From a virus (Duplodnaviria; Caudoviricetes), in IMG/VR virus record IMGVR_UViG_3300037484_000235, positions 128,001 to 192,000 of that record: DNA of 64,000 nucleotides, one strand, 5' to 3'. Position numbers and translations under genes: made by a program. Below the pieces are notes generated by a model that made no database searches, was not told where the DNA came from, and saw only the letters and a program-made list of their open reading frames with translations. Numbering within the stretch: position 1 is the stretch's first letter; each line of letters opens with the position of its first letter. Of the stretch, positions 18,306 to 29,068 are shown one piece after another.

Positions 18306-19301
18306 ATGCAACCATGCGCGCCACGAAAGTTCAACATCCTCGTTGCGGCTCTCAAAACGCCGAGTGACCCGAGTCGCGGTACGATTGGAAATCCCACAGT
18401 TTCACGTACTGGATTCACCCTTCAACAGACAGTCCTGGAGAATGGGACCACCCGCATTGGTGGTCCCGTCACCAAGCCACCTGCGGTGGGTGCCGCAAAT
18501 CACACTGCGGCGATCAAGGTCGTGACCGCACTTTACTTTGACCCATTGGCCAAGACCGCATCCACCGGTACCCTGACTTTTGGTGGGGCACCTGTTGCTG
18601 CTGAGACCGTCACGATTGGTGGCAAGCCCTACACGTTCCGAGCGGTCATCGACGGCGCGTCAGTAGACGGAGACGTTTTGAATGAAGTGGCGGCGACAGA
18701 CGCTCTCGACAACCTGATTGCAGCCATCATGCTGGGTGCCGGTGGTGGGGTGAAGTATGCAGCAGCAATGACCCTATCACCTACCGTGACGGCTGCTGCC
18801 GGTGCTGGTGACACCATGGTGGCTACCGCCAAGGTATTGGGTGACGCCGGAGCTGTGGGTACAACTTCTACTGTGACTCTTGGGACTTGGGCTGCGATCA
18901 CTCTTACGGGGCAGACTGACGGGACACCACCGCCTTTCTACTTCAAGGATGAGATTGCGATCTTCGACCGATACGTTACAGCTGGCGAGGAGTTTGGTTC
19001 TGGATTGGGCACAGGGATTGGACCTGTTGCAACGATTGCGACTCAGCTGGCCACTGCGCTCAATGCCTTTTCGGATCTTGAGGCGACGGCTGTGGCGGAT
19101 ACCGTGTACATCACGTCGCTTCGGCCCGATGCAACCATGCCCATCAAAGTGACGAACGACGAGAGCACTGTTTTGGGTGGCTTGTTCTTCACGGTGTATG
19201 GTCCAGGAGCGGTTCTTCTGTCGGTTACCCCAAAGTACCGACAGACGTACTTCGTCCCGAAGACTGCAAAGACTCAATCGCCTCCAGTGTCCCTTCCATA
19301 A
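18306..19301 (+). CDS. Virion structural protein carrying a ~120-aa module shared with 51272-52324
   Basis: TLTFGGAP..ETVTI.GK.YTFRAVI.GASVDGDVLN...ALDNLIAAI.LGAG module. Confidence 0.7.
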   Translation: MQPCAPRKFNILVAALKTPSDPSRGTIGNPTVSRTGFTLQQTVLENGTTRIGGPVTKPPAVGAANHTAAIKVVTALYFDPLAKTASTGTLTFGGAPVAAETVTIGGKPYTFRAVIDGASVDGDVLNEVAATDALDNLIAAIMLGAGGGVKYAAAMTLSPTVTAAAGAGDTMVATAKVLGDAGAVGTTSTVTLGTWAAITLTGQTDGTPPPFYFKDEIAIFDRYVTAGEEFGSGLGTGIGPVATIATQLATALNAFSDLEATAVADTVYITSLRPDATMPIKVTNDESTVLGGLFFTVYGPGAVLLSVTPKYRQTYFVPKTAKTQSPPVSLP

Positions 19302-19330
19302 GAGGGGAGGAGGCACCTAGGTGATGACCC

Positions 19331-20074
19331 ATGAGTGGTGGCCCAGAGATCGATGATGTAGATGATGCCATGAATGTGGCAAACGAGACGGCTGCAAACA
19401 GACCTGTGGTTGCCAGGATAGTCAAGGGATTCGTTGTCCCAGATGGGGCACGTCGAGTTCGGGTGACAGACGAGAAAAGCAAATGTTGTTGGCGTAGTCT
19501 GGATGAAGTTCTCAACTCTGACGTTCTTGATTTGACACCCCAGGGTCAACCTCAATGGATGTTTGGTGCGGTGGGTCGTCCTAAACAACACCGAACCATA
19601 AGCGAGGTTGCGGATCCAGTATCCGAGCTTGTTGGGAACCTGATGGTCATCAAACAGGCCAACCTCCGATCGGATTCTGTGACCCTCGCCGCCGAGTCCA
19701 CCCCTGAATCACCGGAGGTGCTCAATCAGGTGATCCTGGCCATTGCGGAAGAAGCAGCGAGTCTTCGATTTGAACGGCAAGAAGCTGAGCGCAAGGGGGT
19801 GGACACCTCCGTATTTTCCATGCGTAGAGTCCAAGCCCTTAAGGCCATTGGGGATACGTGGATAAAGCGCAAGGAGCAGATTCAACAACAATCTGTGGAC
19901 ATGGATAGCCCAGCATTCAGTGAACTGTTCAGGTTTATCAGTGAGACGTTCGCTAAAGCCATGGAAGCTGCGGGTGTTCGTCAAGAACTGTCGGACACTG
20001 TGTTTGCCCAGTTTTCAAAATTGCTCAATGAGGATGATTGGAAGACGGAAGCAAAATCCAGGATGACGAAGTAA
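19331..20074 (+). CDS. Possible terminase small subunit
   Basis: Helical 247-aa ORF immediately upstream of the large terminase; positional inference only. Confidence 0.35.
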   Translation: MSGGPEIDDVDDAMNVANETAANRPVVARIVKGFVVPDGARRVRVTDEKSKCCWRSLDEVLNSDVLDLTPQGQPQWMFGAVGRPKQHRTISEVADPVSELVGNLMVIKQANLRSDSVTLAAESTPESPEVLNQVILAIAEEAASLRFERQEAERKGVDTSVFSMRRVQALKAIGDTWIKRKEQIQQQSVDMDSPAFSELFRFISETFAKAMEAAGVRQELSDTVFAQFSKLLNEDDWKTEAKSRMTK

Positions 20075-20080
20075 GTTCCA

Positions 20081-21922
20081 ATGAGTCTTGGAAACCTCGC
20101 TATGTCAGGTGCTCGGGCCGCCTCTACGGGGTTCAAGTCCAGACCCATTGCCACTATCACGGAGTTCATCGAGGAGTCGTGGGGACTCTCGATGCGGCTC
20201 TTCCCTGTGCAGAAGGTCATCCTCAAAGCCCATTATGGCATTGAGTTGGATGACAAGACTCCGTTTCAGATCTCCGATTGGCGTCGAGAGAAGTTCATGC
20301 AGGTGACTGAAAAGCAGTACCTGGAGTATCTTTTCAACGAGGGTCGGTCGAACATCAAAGAGGTCATCCCGGGGGACGACCGCCGAGAGATGATCCTTTC
20401 AGTGGGCAGACGCAGCGGGAAAACTACAATCAGTGCCTGTGTTGCTGCCTACGAGACGTACAAGCTGATCAGCAAGGGAGACCCACAGGGGTACTACGGT
20501 CTCCCAGCTTCCAACATGATCCAACTGATCTCTGTCGCTACAGACAAGGAACAGGCTGGATTGCTCTATCAAGAGGTGTCGGGACATTATCGAGGGTGCG
20601 CTTTCTTTGCGCCCTACACTGCCAACAACACACTGTCCTACGCTCGTTTCCAGACGCCAAAGGACGTGGAACGCTACGGGCCTTACGTTGAGAATCCAAA
20701 CGCTAAGGCGACCATCAAGATTACGTTCCGTTCCTGTATTGCAAAGGGGTTGCGTGGTGCCGGTAACATCGTCGTCATTCTAGACGAGGTGGCCCACTTT
20801 ACGGACAAGGGACAGTCATCTGCGGATGCTGTTTACAACGCGGTTGTCCCCTCTACGTCTGCGTACTCTCCGAAGGACATAAATGACACACGGGTCCCGA
20901 CGGGTCCAGTTGAAGCCCGCGTCATCCTGATCTCGTCCCCTCTTGGACGTCAGGGCCTCTTCTACAAGCTCTTCCAGATGGGGATGGGCGGCGGGAACGT
21001 CGGTAAGAACATGCTTTGTATCCAGGCGCCGTCCTGGGAAGTGAACCCGACAATCCCAGCCTCCGAGTTCGAGAAGAACTACCTCAAGGATCCCGCAGTC
21101 TTCTTCACAGAGTATGGCGGCGAGTTCACCGATCGTACTAGAGGTTGGCTTGAACGAGAAGAGGATCTGATCATTTGCATAGATCCCAATATGCGTCCTC
21201 AGTTGCGTGGGATTCCACGTAAACCGCATTTCCTTGGGTTGGACTTGGGTCTCAAGGGTGACGGTACAGCCATCGCAGTTGGACACGTTGACGACTCAGG
21301 GAAAATCAAGGTGGACTTGGTTGATCAAATCAAGGCGGGTGAGGGAAAATACGTTGATGTGGAGCGTCTGGATTTCGACACGGTGGCAGACTGGGTTAAG
21401 GAAATAGGGGACAGATTTTACCTCGTCGAAGGACTCTTCGACCAACACATAGGAATCCCCTTGGAACAGGCCCTCGCGAAGAGAGGGATGTCTCAAATGA
21501 AGTCCTATCTTCCTACGAAGGTACTGACATCCCAGATATTCCAGAACTTCAAAGATATGCTTTGGGATAAGAGGCTCCTTCTTTACGACTTCCCAATCAT
21601 ATCCCCAGAGAAACATTGCACTTACATTCTTGAGCTTCTGGAGCTTCAAGCACGTTATCATTCGAAGTACATTACGACCGTTGAGGCACCGGCTGTCGAT
21701 GGGAAACACGACGACTTGTCGGACGCCTTGGTACGAATGGTGTGGGTTGCTTCCAATCGGTTGAACAAGCAACCTCATATTGCACGATCTGGGATGCAAG
21801 GCCCCGCTAGCCCGTTTGGGTCTATGGCCTCCGCTCGTAAGAGGCTCCTTCGTAGCGGGAGTCACGAGTCAAGGATGGTTCCCAGAGGAAACTCCAGGGG
21901 ACCAAGAGGACGCACACGGTGA
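20081..21922 (+). CDS. terL: Terminase large subunit
   Basis: Walker A VGRRSGKTT, Walker B VVILDE, coupling motif ISSP, nuclease FLGLDLG...DGTA and GKHDDLSDAL. Confidence 0.95.
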   Translation: MSLGNLAMSGARAASTGFKSRPIATITEFIEESWGLSMRLFPVQKVILKAHYGIELDDKTPFQISDWRREKFMQVTEKQYLEYLFNEGRSNIKEVIPGDDRREMILSVGRRSGKTTISACVAAYETYKLISKGDPQGYYGLPASNMIQLISVATDKEQAGLLYQEVSGHYRGCAFFAPYTANNTLSYARFQTPKDVERYGPYVENPNAKATIKITFRSCIAKGLRGAGNIVVILDEVAHFTDKGQSSADAVYNAVVPSTSAYSPKDINDTRVPTGPVEARVILISSPLGRQGLFYKLFQMGMGGGNVGKNMLCIQAPSWEVNPTIPASEFEKNYLKDPAVFFTEYGGEFTDRTRGWLEREEDLIICIDPNMRPQLRGIPRKPHFLGLDLGLKGDGTAIAVGHVDDSGKIKVDLVDQIKAGEGKYVDVERLDFDTVADWVKEIGDRFYLVEGLFDQHIGIPLEQALAKRGMSQMKSYLPTKVLTSQIFQNFKDMLWDKRLLLYDFPIISPEKHCTYILELLELQARYHSKYITTVEAPAVDGKHDDLSDALVRMVWVASNRLNKQPHIARSGMQGPASPFGSMASARKRLLRSGSHESRMVPRGNSRGPRGRTR

Positions 21923-22179
21923 CTAATCGGACAGCCAAGGATGATCCCATCAGGGCAGATTACAGGATCTTGAAGAAGATCCTGGAGTCCTCTTCGTTTA
22001 AGGTGGTTCACCTGCCGGAGGAGTACGACCTAATCCTTTCTGTGTTCAAGAGAGCCGGGGGGAGCTGGGAGAATCTCTTTGATGGATCTTCGGGTGACAT
22101 ACATCTGCTCAAGAAGATCGCCAAGATCGCTTTCAAGCACAAGTATCTGACTCCCGCTCCAGTGTGGGATCCCCGGTAA
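21919..22179 (+). CDS. Hypothetical protein
   Basis: 86-aa ORF coupled to terL (GTGA overlap). Confidence 0.6.
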   Translation: MTNRTAKDDPIRADYRILKKILESSSFKVVHLPEEYDLILSVFKRAGGSWENLFDGSSGDIHLLKKIAKIAFKHKYLTPAPVWDPR

Positions 22180-22191
22180 GGTATCCAGACC

Positions 22192-22515
22192 ATGAGCCGT
22201 CTTCGCATTCAACTATCCAAGTCTGACATCGACAGGAAGGTAGCTACCGCTATGGAGTCGGCGGAGCGCCTCATCCTGTCAACTTTGCGGAGTTGTGAGG
22301 TTTACATGCGGACAACCGAAAATCCTCAGGAATCTCGACGGGCTCGGATTGTGGTTCGGGATTTGAAAAGAGCCCTGGGATCTGTCACTGGAGTTCGCAG
22401 AGTTAGCTCAATCTATGACGCTGGGGACCCTGACTTGGAAGTGGATCCAGCTCCGAAGCTGCGACCCGCCGCTTCTCCTATTGCAGCCCCAGTAAGAGCA
22501 CCTGAATCCACATGA
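22192..22515 (+). CDS. Hypothetical protein
   Basis: 107-aa ORF coupled to the portal (ATGA overlap). Confidence 0.6.
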   Translation: MSRLRIQLSKSDIDRKVATAMESAERLILSTLRSCEVYMRTTENPQESRRARIVVRDLKRALGSVTGVRRVSSIYDAGDPDLEVDPAPKLRPAASPIAAPVRAPEST

Positions 22516-24212
22516 GAACAAGCAAACAAGCACAGAACGCGGACGCGCGTGAGGTCCGGAAAGTTCCGAAGCGGGCGAACGTCGAAACGGGGCGCCCTCG
22601 GCGCATTATGACTAGCTCGCTTCGATCGAAGGTAGCATTTCCACAATCCGGTGGAACGATTGGGGCAAGTGGTGGAAACTTCTACTCTCCAGAGCTATCC
22701 ACTGACTTCCTAGAACTCCCGCAATCAGCGGACGAGAAGCGGAATTACTACCGATTCTTCTACACTTCGGATCCTTTCGTAGGGCAGGCAGTAGACCTCC
22801 ATACGGAGCTGCCCCTCTCGAAGATTCGGCTGGGGCACCCCAAGGCCAAGAACAGAGAGATTGCAGATGCCTCACTGGCTTTCTGCACGGCATGGTCCAA
22901 GAAGGTTGGCCTTTTGCACCGGATGATTGAAATCGTCCACGAATACAATCTCCTCGGGGAGGTCTTTGTCTTCTGTGAAGACAACTCCCCTGACATGCCT
23001 GATGAGATCGAGAATGAACTAATCCGTGAGATCGACGAGTCAGGGCACCCTGTAGAACGTCAGAAGCGTCGCACAGATTGGGCTGAGCGAACTTCCAAGT
23101 GGCTCAAAAAGAACTACCTCGGCTGGTCTGCTATCCGTGTTCTGCCACCCGAGCAGATTCACATGGAAGGCTTCCCATTCACGGATGAAAAGCTCATTGA
23201 GTTGATCCCAGACAGCAAGACCAAGGACGTGATTGCCCGTGGCGACTCGGGTGACATCTACGCCTCCAGAGTCGTTGAATCCATGCCCTCTGAGGTTGTC
23301 TCATCTATTCGCAGTGGCGGAAATATCCCCCTCAATACTGACCCAAATGCTGGTAGTTTCGTTTACTACATGGCCAGGAAGAAGTCACAGTACGAGCCCC
23401 GTGGACACTCGATTCTTGAGCGCTGCATGCGAGTTCTTGTCTACCGAGATAAGTTGAGACAGGCACAAACTTCGATTTCGTCTCGGCACATGACGCCCAT
23501 CCGGCTCATCTGGGCAGAGGATGCAGCGGCCACAGACGTGGATTTGATTCGAGAACAGGTTGAGCTAGCTCTTCAAGACCCAGACTACTCAATCATCACC
23601 AACTTTGAAGTTCACTGGGAAGAGATGGGAAGTCAGCAACGCCTTCTGGAGTTGACGGGCGAATACGAGATGACCGATCGGCAGTTGTATGCTGGATTGG
23701 GTGTCACGGAGTCCCTTCTGTCCGGGGAATCAAGTTACTCCGGTGACCGGATCAACCTGGAAGTGATCAACACTCGGTATATGCTTCTGAGGGAGGTTCT
23801 TCAAGACATGATTGAGAACAACTTCCTCCGTCCGATGTGCGCACGTATGGGGTTCATCGAAAAGGATGACGACGGCAACGAGACTGTGATTGTACCTACT
23901 CTGTCGTTCACTCGACTTGCTCTGCGGGATAACGCGGACACATTCGACGCCCTCTTCAACCTTTACCAGAAGGGCTCTCTGGATATCGATACCATCTTGG
24001 ATCTTCTGAACATCGATCCCCACACCACGGCTGAAAAGCTCAAGCGGGACATGTTCACGCCCAATGACAGCAAGTTCAATGACGTGCTCGGAGCGATCTA
24101 CACTGAAGTCGGACGCGCCCTGGCAGAGAACAGCGATGTAGCCGAGAAGGTCGCCAAGGCCCTCGGTTTGAAGTACGAGAAACCAGCTGAAAAGGAAGAG
24201 GGGAGATTCTAA
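22512..24212 (+). CDS. Portal protein
   Basis: 566 aa between terminase and protease; FFYTSDPFVGQAVDLHTELP, RGHSILERC..LVYRDKL and LYAGLGV..SLLSGE pattern. Confidence 0.85.
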   Translation: MRTSKQAQNADAREVRKVPKRANVETGRPRRIMTSSLRSKVAFPQSGGTIGASGGNFYSPELSTDFLELPQSADEKRNYYRFFYTSDPFVGQAVDLHTELPLSKIRLGHPKAKNREIADASLAFCTAWSKKVGLLHRMIEIVHEYNLLGEVFVFCEDNSPDMPDEIENELIREIDESGHPVERQKRRTDWAERTSKWLKKNYLGWSAIRVLPPEQIHMEGFPFTDEKLIELIPDSKTKDVIARGDSGDIYASRVVESMPSEVVSSIRSGGNIPLNTDPNAGSFVYYMARKKSQYEPRGHSILERCMRVLVYRDKLRQAQTSISSRHMTPIRLIWAEDAAATDVDLIREQVELALQDPDYSIITNFEVHWEEMGSQQRLLELTGEYEMTDRQLYAGLGVTESLLSGESSYSGDRINLEVINTRYMLLREVLQDMIENNFLRPMCARMGFIEKDDDGNETVIVPTLSFTRLALRDNADTFDALFNLYQKGSLDIDTILDLLNIDPHTTAEKLKRDMFTPNDSKFNDVLGAIYTEVGRALAENSDVAEKVAKALGLKYEKPAEKEEGRF

Positions 24213-24485
24213 ATGAAACTCAAGATTACACGTCCAGATGGAACGCTCATTGAGGCAGAGGGCACCGTTGAGGAGTGCGAGCGTTTGATGGGGGCACCGC
24301 TCCCGATCAAGTACGTCTTTACTCCTATTCAGATTACGGTGCCGGTGTACCCACAACCGATCCCGATTACGCCACAGTATCCGATGTATCCAATCAATCC
24401 TGTGTACCCCTGGAATCCGGAACCCTGGTATGTCCCAACGTGGACAGTGACTTCGTCGGCGGACATTACACTGACGGCAGACTGA
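24213..24485 (+). CDS. Small protein with a Pro/Tyr/Trp-rich tail
   Basis: MKLKITRPDG...PVYPQPIPITPQYPMYPINPVYPWNPEPW. Confidence 0.6.
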   Translation: MKLKITRPDGTLIEAEGTVEECERLMGAPLPIKYVFTPIQITVPVYPQPIPITPQYPMYPINPVYPWNPEPWYVPTWTVTSSADITLTAD

Positions 24486-24514
24486 CCTTTTCTAGGCTAT
24501 AGTGGGCGGATGTC

Positions 24515-24814
24515 ATGACCACACTTCGAAATCGTGTAATCCGCCTCGCCCACAACAAGCCTGAACTCAGGGCTGCGCTGCTTCCGATTTTGAAGGAGGC
24601 AATCTCGAAGGAAGATGCTAAGAAGACGAGGGTGTCTGATACTGCAATCCGTACCGCCTACTATAAGGCGAGTGACGGTCTGGGTGCCCTGGTAGACGCA
24701 GTACGTGATGAGCCTGCCACCGGTAAGGACGCCAAGCTGAAGAAGGCTGTGGCGGATGCCAAGGCTGCTTTTGACAAGGTCGACGAGGCGCTGAAGCCGT
24801 ACGCTTGGGACTGA
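24515..24814 (+). CDS. Putative head-cargo protein with a shared N-terminal leader
   Basis: MTTLRNRVIRLAHNKPELRAALLPILKEA matches the leader of 40965-41582. Confidence 0.7.
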   Translation: MTTLRNRVIRLAHNKPELRAALLPILKEAISKEDAKKTRVSDTAIRTAYYKASDGLGALVDAVRDEPATGKDAKLKKAVADAKAAFDKVDEALKPYAWD

Positions 24815-24867
24815 GTCGGGCGGCTGGCGGTTCTGTCACTATCGCAATCCCTCTGGTAAGACCCCAG

Positions 24868-25584
24868 ATGCTTACTCGACGCATTGCAGCGGACCTCTTG
24901 CCCATCATGCATCCCCTCTACAATCTGAGGGAGATTTGCAAGCAGTCTGCTTTGCTAGAGGATCACCTCAACAACGAACAGAAGCGTTGTGAGGATTGCA
25001 TTCGGAAGCACTTCCTGACTATCGAGGCTCTGTTGGAGGAGGCCCTCTCGCTTGACACCAAGCAGAAGTGGTTTGACCTCATTGAAGGCAAGCCCGAGCT
25101 GGTGCGGGAACTTCAAGAGAAGTGGATTGACGGTGGGGACATGTCCGAGATTGCTCAGGGGTTACGCGAACTCCGCAAGGATTTTGCTCCCGTGTGCTTC
25201 GATCTCCGAGAGATGACCGAAGAGTCTAGACTGGCATCGGGTCGGATGACTCTTGCTTCGCACGTGGCTGACGTGCACTTCGAGCGTACAACGCACAACG
25301 CTATCGACTTTGGGCGAAAGATCTCTCCTGGTGGATTTGATTTCACCAAGAAGACGCCACCCAGGGATCTTCTCAATCTAGTTGGGGAGCTACAGGAAGT
25401 CGCCAAGCTCTTTGACAGGGGCCTACTTCAGGGAAAGCCGGGTTCAAGCCGGAAGGTACTGGAGTTGGCTGGTTTGATCTCCAATGGGGACATGGAGAAA
25501 GCCCTGAGGCTCGCGAAGAGTCTGACCGACCTCCCAGGTCTCCCACCGGATCTGTTTGCGACCCTGTATCGGTATGGGGACTGA
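24868..25584 (+). CDS. Putative head-cargo protein
   Basis: ATG 24868; RRIAA and SRLAS sites separating two helical domains. Confidence 0.55.
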   Translation: MLTRRIAADLLPIMHPLYNLREICKQSALLEDHLNNEQKRCEDCIRKHFLTIEALLEEALSLDTKQKWFDLIEGKPELVRELQEKWIDGGDMSEIAQGLRELRKDFAPVCFDLREMTEESRLASGRMTLASHVADVHFERTTHNAIDFGRKISPGGFDFTKKTPPRDLLNLVGELQEVAKLFDRGLLQGKPGSSRKVLELAGLISNGDMEKALRLAKSLTDLPGLPPDLFATLYRYGD

Positions 25585-25590
25585 CGCGTC

Positions 25591-28500
25591 ATGTTCTATA
25601 CTAAACTGGCAGTGTTCGATTTCGATAAGACGCTGTTTCTCAGCCCAGAGAAGCCGACGTGGTGGGAGGGTGGTTGGTGGGGGAACCTGAATTCCCTCCA
25701 CACGCCATGCGTTCCGGAACGTCCATCCTCGGACTGGTGGAACGAGTCTGTCGTCAATGCCGCAAAGCAGGCGATCAGCAACCCAGAAGTGCTGGCAGTG
25801 CTCCTCACGGGTCGTATTCCGAAGTTCTCTCTTCGGCTCAAAGAACTGTTGGGACAAGTAGGGTTGCACTTCGATCACCCTCCGTACATGGCGACCGGGG
25901 GTCCCACTGAGTCCTTCAAGATGAAGGTCATCAAAGATCTTCTCGATTCGAACCCCACCATTCGTGGCGTAGCCATCTGGGAAGACCGTGCCAATCACCT
26001 TCGGATGATGTCCGACTGGGTGGAGTCCAACGGGAGAGCCTGTACCCCCCACCTCATCACGGTCTCTTCTCACGAGTCGGATTGCAGGCCCACCAAGTCT
26101 GCGAAGTTCAAGTCCAAGAAGAAGATCAAGACCAAGGACGGCGATGATACCACGGTGTATGAGTACTCAGAGCGCCAGGTCTCAAATCGGAACAACCAGA
26201 AGGCAGAGCGTGTTGAGAAGCTCCGCAAGGACATTTCGAGTCTTAGGTCCAAGGTCAACAAGGACATCGCCTCAAAGGAGCCTGAGACTCGTCTATCGGC
26301 CCTAGCGGTCGCTCTGCTCGACGAGACGTGCGAACGGGTAGGGAACTCGGGTAGCGCAGCGGACGGCCATTTTGGAGTCACTGGGTGGCTCGTGAAGCAC
26401 CTCTCCTTCAAGGGTGGCGAGGCCACGTTCACCTACGTCGGGAAGTCCGGGGTCAAGCACGAGAAGGTCGTGTCCAAGGCGCCTGTCGTGAAGGCCCTCA
26501 AGCAGCTCGTTAAGGGCAAGGCCAAGGGCGACCTCATCCTGGAGCAGGACGGATTTTCGGTCAAATCTGAGGCTGTGAACGCCTACTTGAAGACTTTCGA
26601 GATCACTGCGAAAGACATCCGTGGGTTCCGAGCCAATCAGGAGATGTGCAAGGCTCTGCGAGAGGCCCGGAGAGAGGGCCCGGACCTTCCACACGCTCGG
26701 AAGAAGCGCGATGAGATTCTTAAGGGGGAGTTCAAGGACGCCCTCGAAGAGGTGGCGGAGATCGTGGGTCACACTACTTCGATCCTTCGAGAATCCTACC
26801 TAGTGCCCGGATTGGAGGATTCGTACGTAAAGGATGGGACCATTCTTGCGACATTCAAGGGTGCCTCGTTAGAGCATGAGGCAACGAAGACAGACTCGGA
26901 AAAAGAGGATGAAACTGTTTCGGATCTCATCAAGCCAAATCCCAAGAAGAAGCCACCACGTGAGGACTTGAAAAAGCATCGGGTAGACTTGGGCGACGAT
27001 GATTTGAACACGGAGGATGACGACCTCTCTCGCAACTACAAGAAGGTTGCGGTCCGTGTGGCTATGGCTGTCAGGGTCTCGACTCGGTATCTTCTGAGTG
27101 ACTTTGCAGAGGACTACGAGAAGTCGAAATCCGATGAGAACGAGACCTCCAAGAAGGAAGACGCCTCTTTTCTGGAAGCCGTTGAAGGGAAGACATTCAC
27201 GTCTTCTAAATCAAAACTGAAGGTTCAGTTTGGTAGCTTGCCGCCAGAAGACCAGGCTGAAATTCGTGCAGCTTGGAAAGAGCACCAGTCCAAGTCTGAC
27301 GATAAAGCGAAGACTGAGAAGGAAGACTCCGACGAAGAAGAGCAGGGACGCGTCAAGGAAGTGAAGGGCGGCCTTCGGGAGAAGGCAAAGGCCTTGGAGG
27401 ATTCCCCTGCTTTCGATGATGAGACAGGAGATCAGGTTGGGGAGGTTCTAGACTCTATCCTCAGCACGATGCCAGAGAGTGACGCTTCGGAGTTCGTGGA
27501 TTCGATCGTCTCGGCTCGTGATGCGGGCATTGATTCCCTGGCCAAGGGGAAGTCCACGGCCAAGAACCCACCGGACAAGGCGAGCCTTGATCGGGACGTC
27601 TCGAAGTACAATAAGCTGGACTCCAAGATTGAGAGTTACCAGCGGGACTTGGACTCTGGGCGCGTCTCGGAAGAGAAGGCCAAGTCAATCAAGTCCAAGA
27701 TTGAGTCTCTCTCCAAAGATCGTGATGAGGCCCGTGCCGAGCTTCAAAAGAGTTTCACCAAGTTCTACACCCATGCTGCGTTGCAATCTGCGATGCGGAA
27801 TCCGATGACCTACGTCAAGGATGCGAAGAAGCCTCTCGACAAGAGCAGCGTGGGAGATCGAGCCAGTGCTAGCATTGAGCGTTTCAGTGGTCTGACCTCG
27901 GAAGACCGGGTTGAGACTGCGAAGAATTTCAAGAAGGTCATGAAGAAGTCTCAGGACAGGGTCACTGAGCTAGAGCGGAAGCTCACCTCAGGTGAGGCTG
28001 GGGACGAAGATCAGCGCGCAAAGGACCAAGCGGAGCTGGAAGAGACGAAGAACAGAGTCGAGTATCTCGACGCTGATTGGAGATCTTTGGAAATCTCCTC
28101 CATCATCAATGGTGACGAGAAGTCGGAGTCCCGAATCCCCAAGGGTAGTGGAGTGCTCATTAAGGCCCTTCACGATAGCGGGCAGGACGTATCCGAAATC
28201 GTGGCGGCCGGGATAGGTATTCACGGGGTGCCTCCTGAAAAGGAAGTGATCTCCAATCTACTTCGTCGGATGAAGCCTGATCAGATGGAGACGGCCCTCA
28301 AGGAAGTGGACCCCTCTGGGAAACTGGCAGAGTCGTGGCGGAAAATCTACGATGCTGATGACAGCTCGGACTACGTTTGGCCTATCAGTGCCATCAAGGA
28401 CAAAGAGCAACGTGGTAAGATCGAGAACGCTCACGATGTGTTTGTTCAAATGCTCACGGGCGTTGTGATTGAGGATTCGAAGAACACGAGTCCCACGGAT

Positions 28501-28965
28501 CCAAGTGAGGGTCCACCTAAGAAGAACAAGTCTAAGGCGGAACCTAGTGAGGTTGAGGGGCCTGAGGAAGAAGAGACGCCTCAGTACGAGAGCCCTATGG
28601 CTGAGGCCATTGGAAAGATGGTAGATTTGGACATAGATACAGGCACTTCCGCCAAGAAGGTGGCTGCCAAATTCACAGCATTCCAATTGGAGAACAAGGC
28701 TAAGGAAGCCAGTCTAAAGGCTGAAAGGGCGCTTGCTTCTGTGGGTCTCACAAAGCAGGACATTGGTCCTTACATGCTCAGTGCCTCAGAGATTTACACA
28801 CGAGCTGCGGAGCTATCGGTCAAGTTTGGTTTCAAGCAAGAACGGTTAGTGCACGCAATCAAGTTCTATCAAGAGAACGCCACTAAAGGTGAGCGTTTGA
28901 TGGGCTTGGCTGTCAAGTCTAGATTTGGGGAATACGGGAGGGGTGAGTCAGAGATTCGCGTTTAG
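25591..28965 (+). CDS. Polyprotein: HAD (Swiss-Army-Knife RNA-repair-like) phosphatase, type IB topoisomerase and a long charged helical domain
   Basis: VFDFDKTLFLSP (HAD DxD); TopIB pentad R(CERVGN), K(YVGKSG), R(KDIRGF), H(VGHT), Y(RESYL). Confidence 0.85.
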   Translation: MFYTKLAVFDFDKTLFLSPEKPTWWEGGWWGNLNSLHTPCVPERPSSDWWNESVVNAAKQAISNPEVLAVLLTGRIPKFSLRLKELLGQVGLHFDHPPYMATGGPTESFKMKVIKDLLDSNPTIRGVAIWEDRANHLRMMSDWVESNGRACTPHLITVSSHESDCRPTKSAKFKSKKKIKTKDGDDTTVYEYSERQVSNRNNQKAERVEKLRKDISSLRSKVNKDIASKEPETRLSALAVALLDETCERVGNSGSAADGHFGVTGWLVKHLSFKGGEATFTYVGKSGVKHEKVVSKAPVVKALKQLVKGKAKGDLILEQDGFSVKSEAVNAYLKTFEITAKDIRGFRANQEMCKALREARREGPDLPHARKKRDEILKGEFKDALEEVAEIVGHTTSILRESYLVPGLEDSYVKDGTILATFKGASLEHEATKTDSEKEDETVSDLIKPNPKKKPPREDLKKHRVDLGDDDLNTEDDDLSRNYKKVAVRVAMAVRVSTRYLLSDFAEDYEKSKSDENETSKKEDASFLEAVEGKTFTSSKSKLKVQFGSLPPEDQAEIRAAWKEHQSKSDDKAKTEKEDSDEEEQGRVKEVKGGLREKAKALEDSPAFDDETGDQVGEVLDSILSTMPESDASEFVDSIVSARDAGIDSLAKGKSTAKNPPDKASLDRDVSKYNKLDSKIESYQRDLDSGRVSEEKAKSIKSKIESLSKDRDEARAELQKSFTKFYTHAALQSAMRNPMTYVKDAKKPLDKSSVGDRASASIERFSGLTSEDRVETAKNFKKVMKKSQDRVTELERKLTSGEAGDEDQRAKDQAELEETKNRVEYLDADWRSLEISSIINGDEKSESRIPKGSGVLIKALHDSGQDVSEIVAAGIGIHGVPPEKEVISNLLRRMKPDQMETALKEVDPSGKLAESWRKIYDADDSSDYVWPISAIKDKEQRGKIENAHDVFVQMLTGVVIEDSKNTSPTDPSEGPPKKNKSKAEPSEVEGPEEEETPQYESPMAEAIGKMVDLDIDTGTSAKKVAAKFTAFQLENKAKEASLKAERALASVGLTKQDIGPYMLSASEIYTRAAELSVKFGFKQERLVHAIKFYQENATKGERLMGLAVKSRFGEYGRGESEIRV

Positions 28966-29068
28966 TTCCTTATGGGAGTCACTATCGGGTAGGGTGCATT
29001 GTACCCAACTAGGAATCATCGTCTGAGGCCCCGATATAGATTTCGAGGGTCTGCACCGGAGGAAATCC

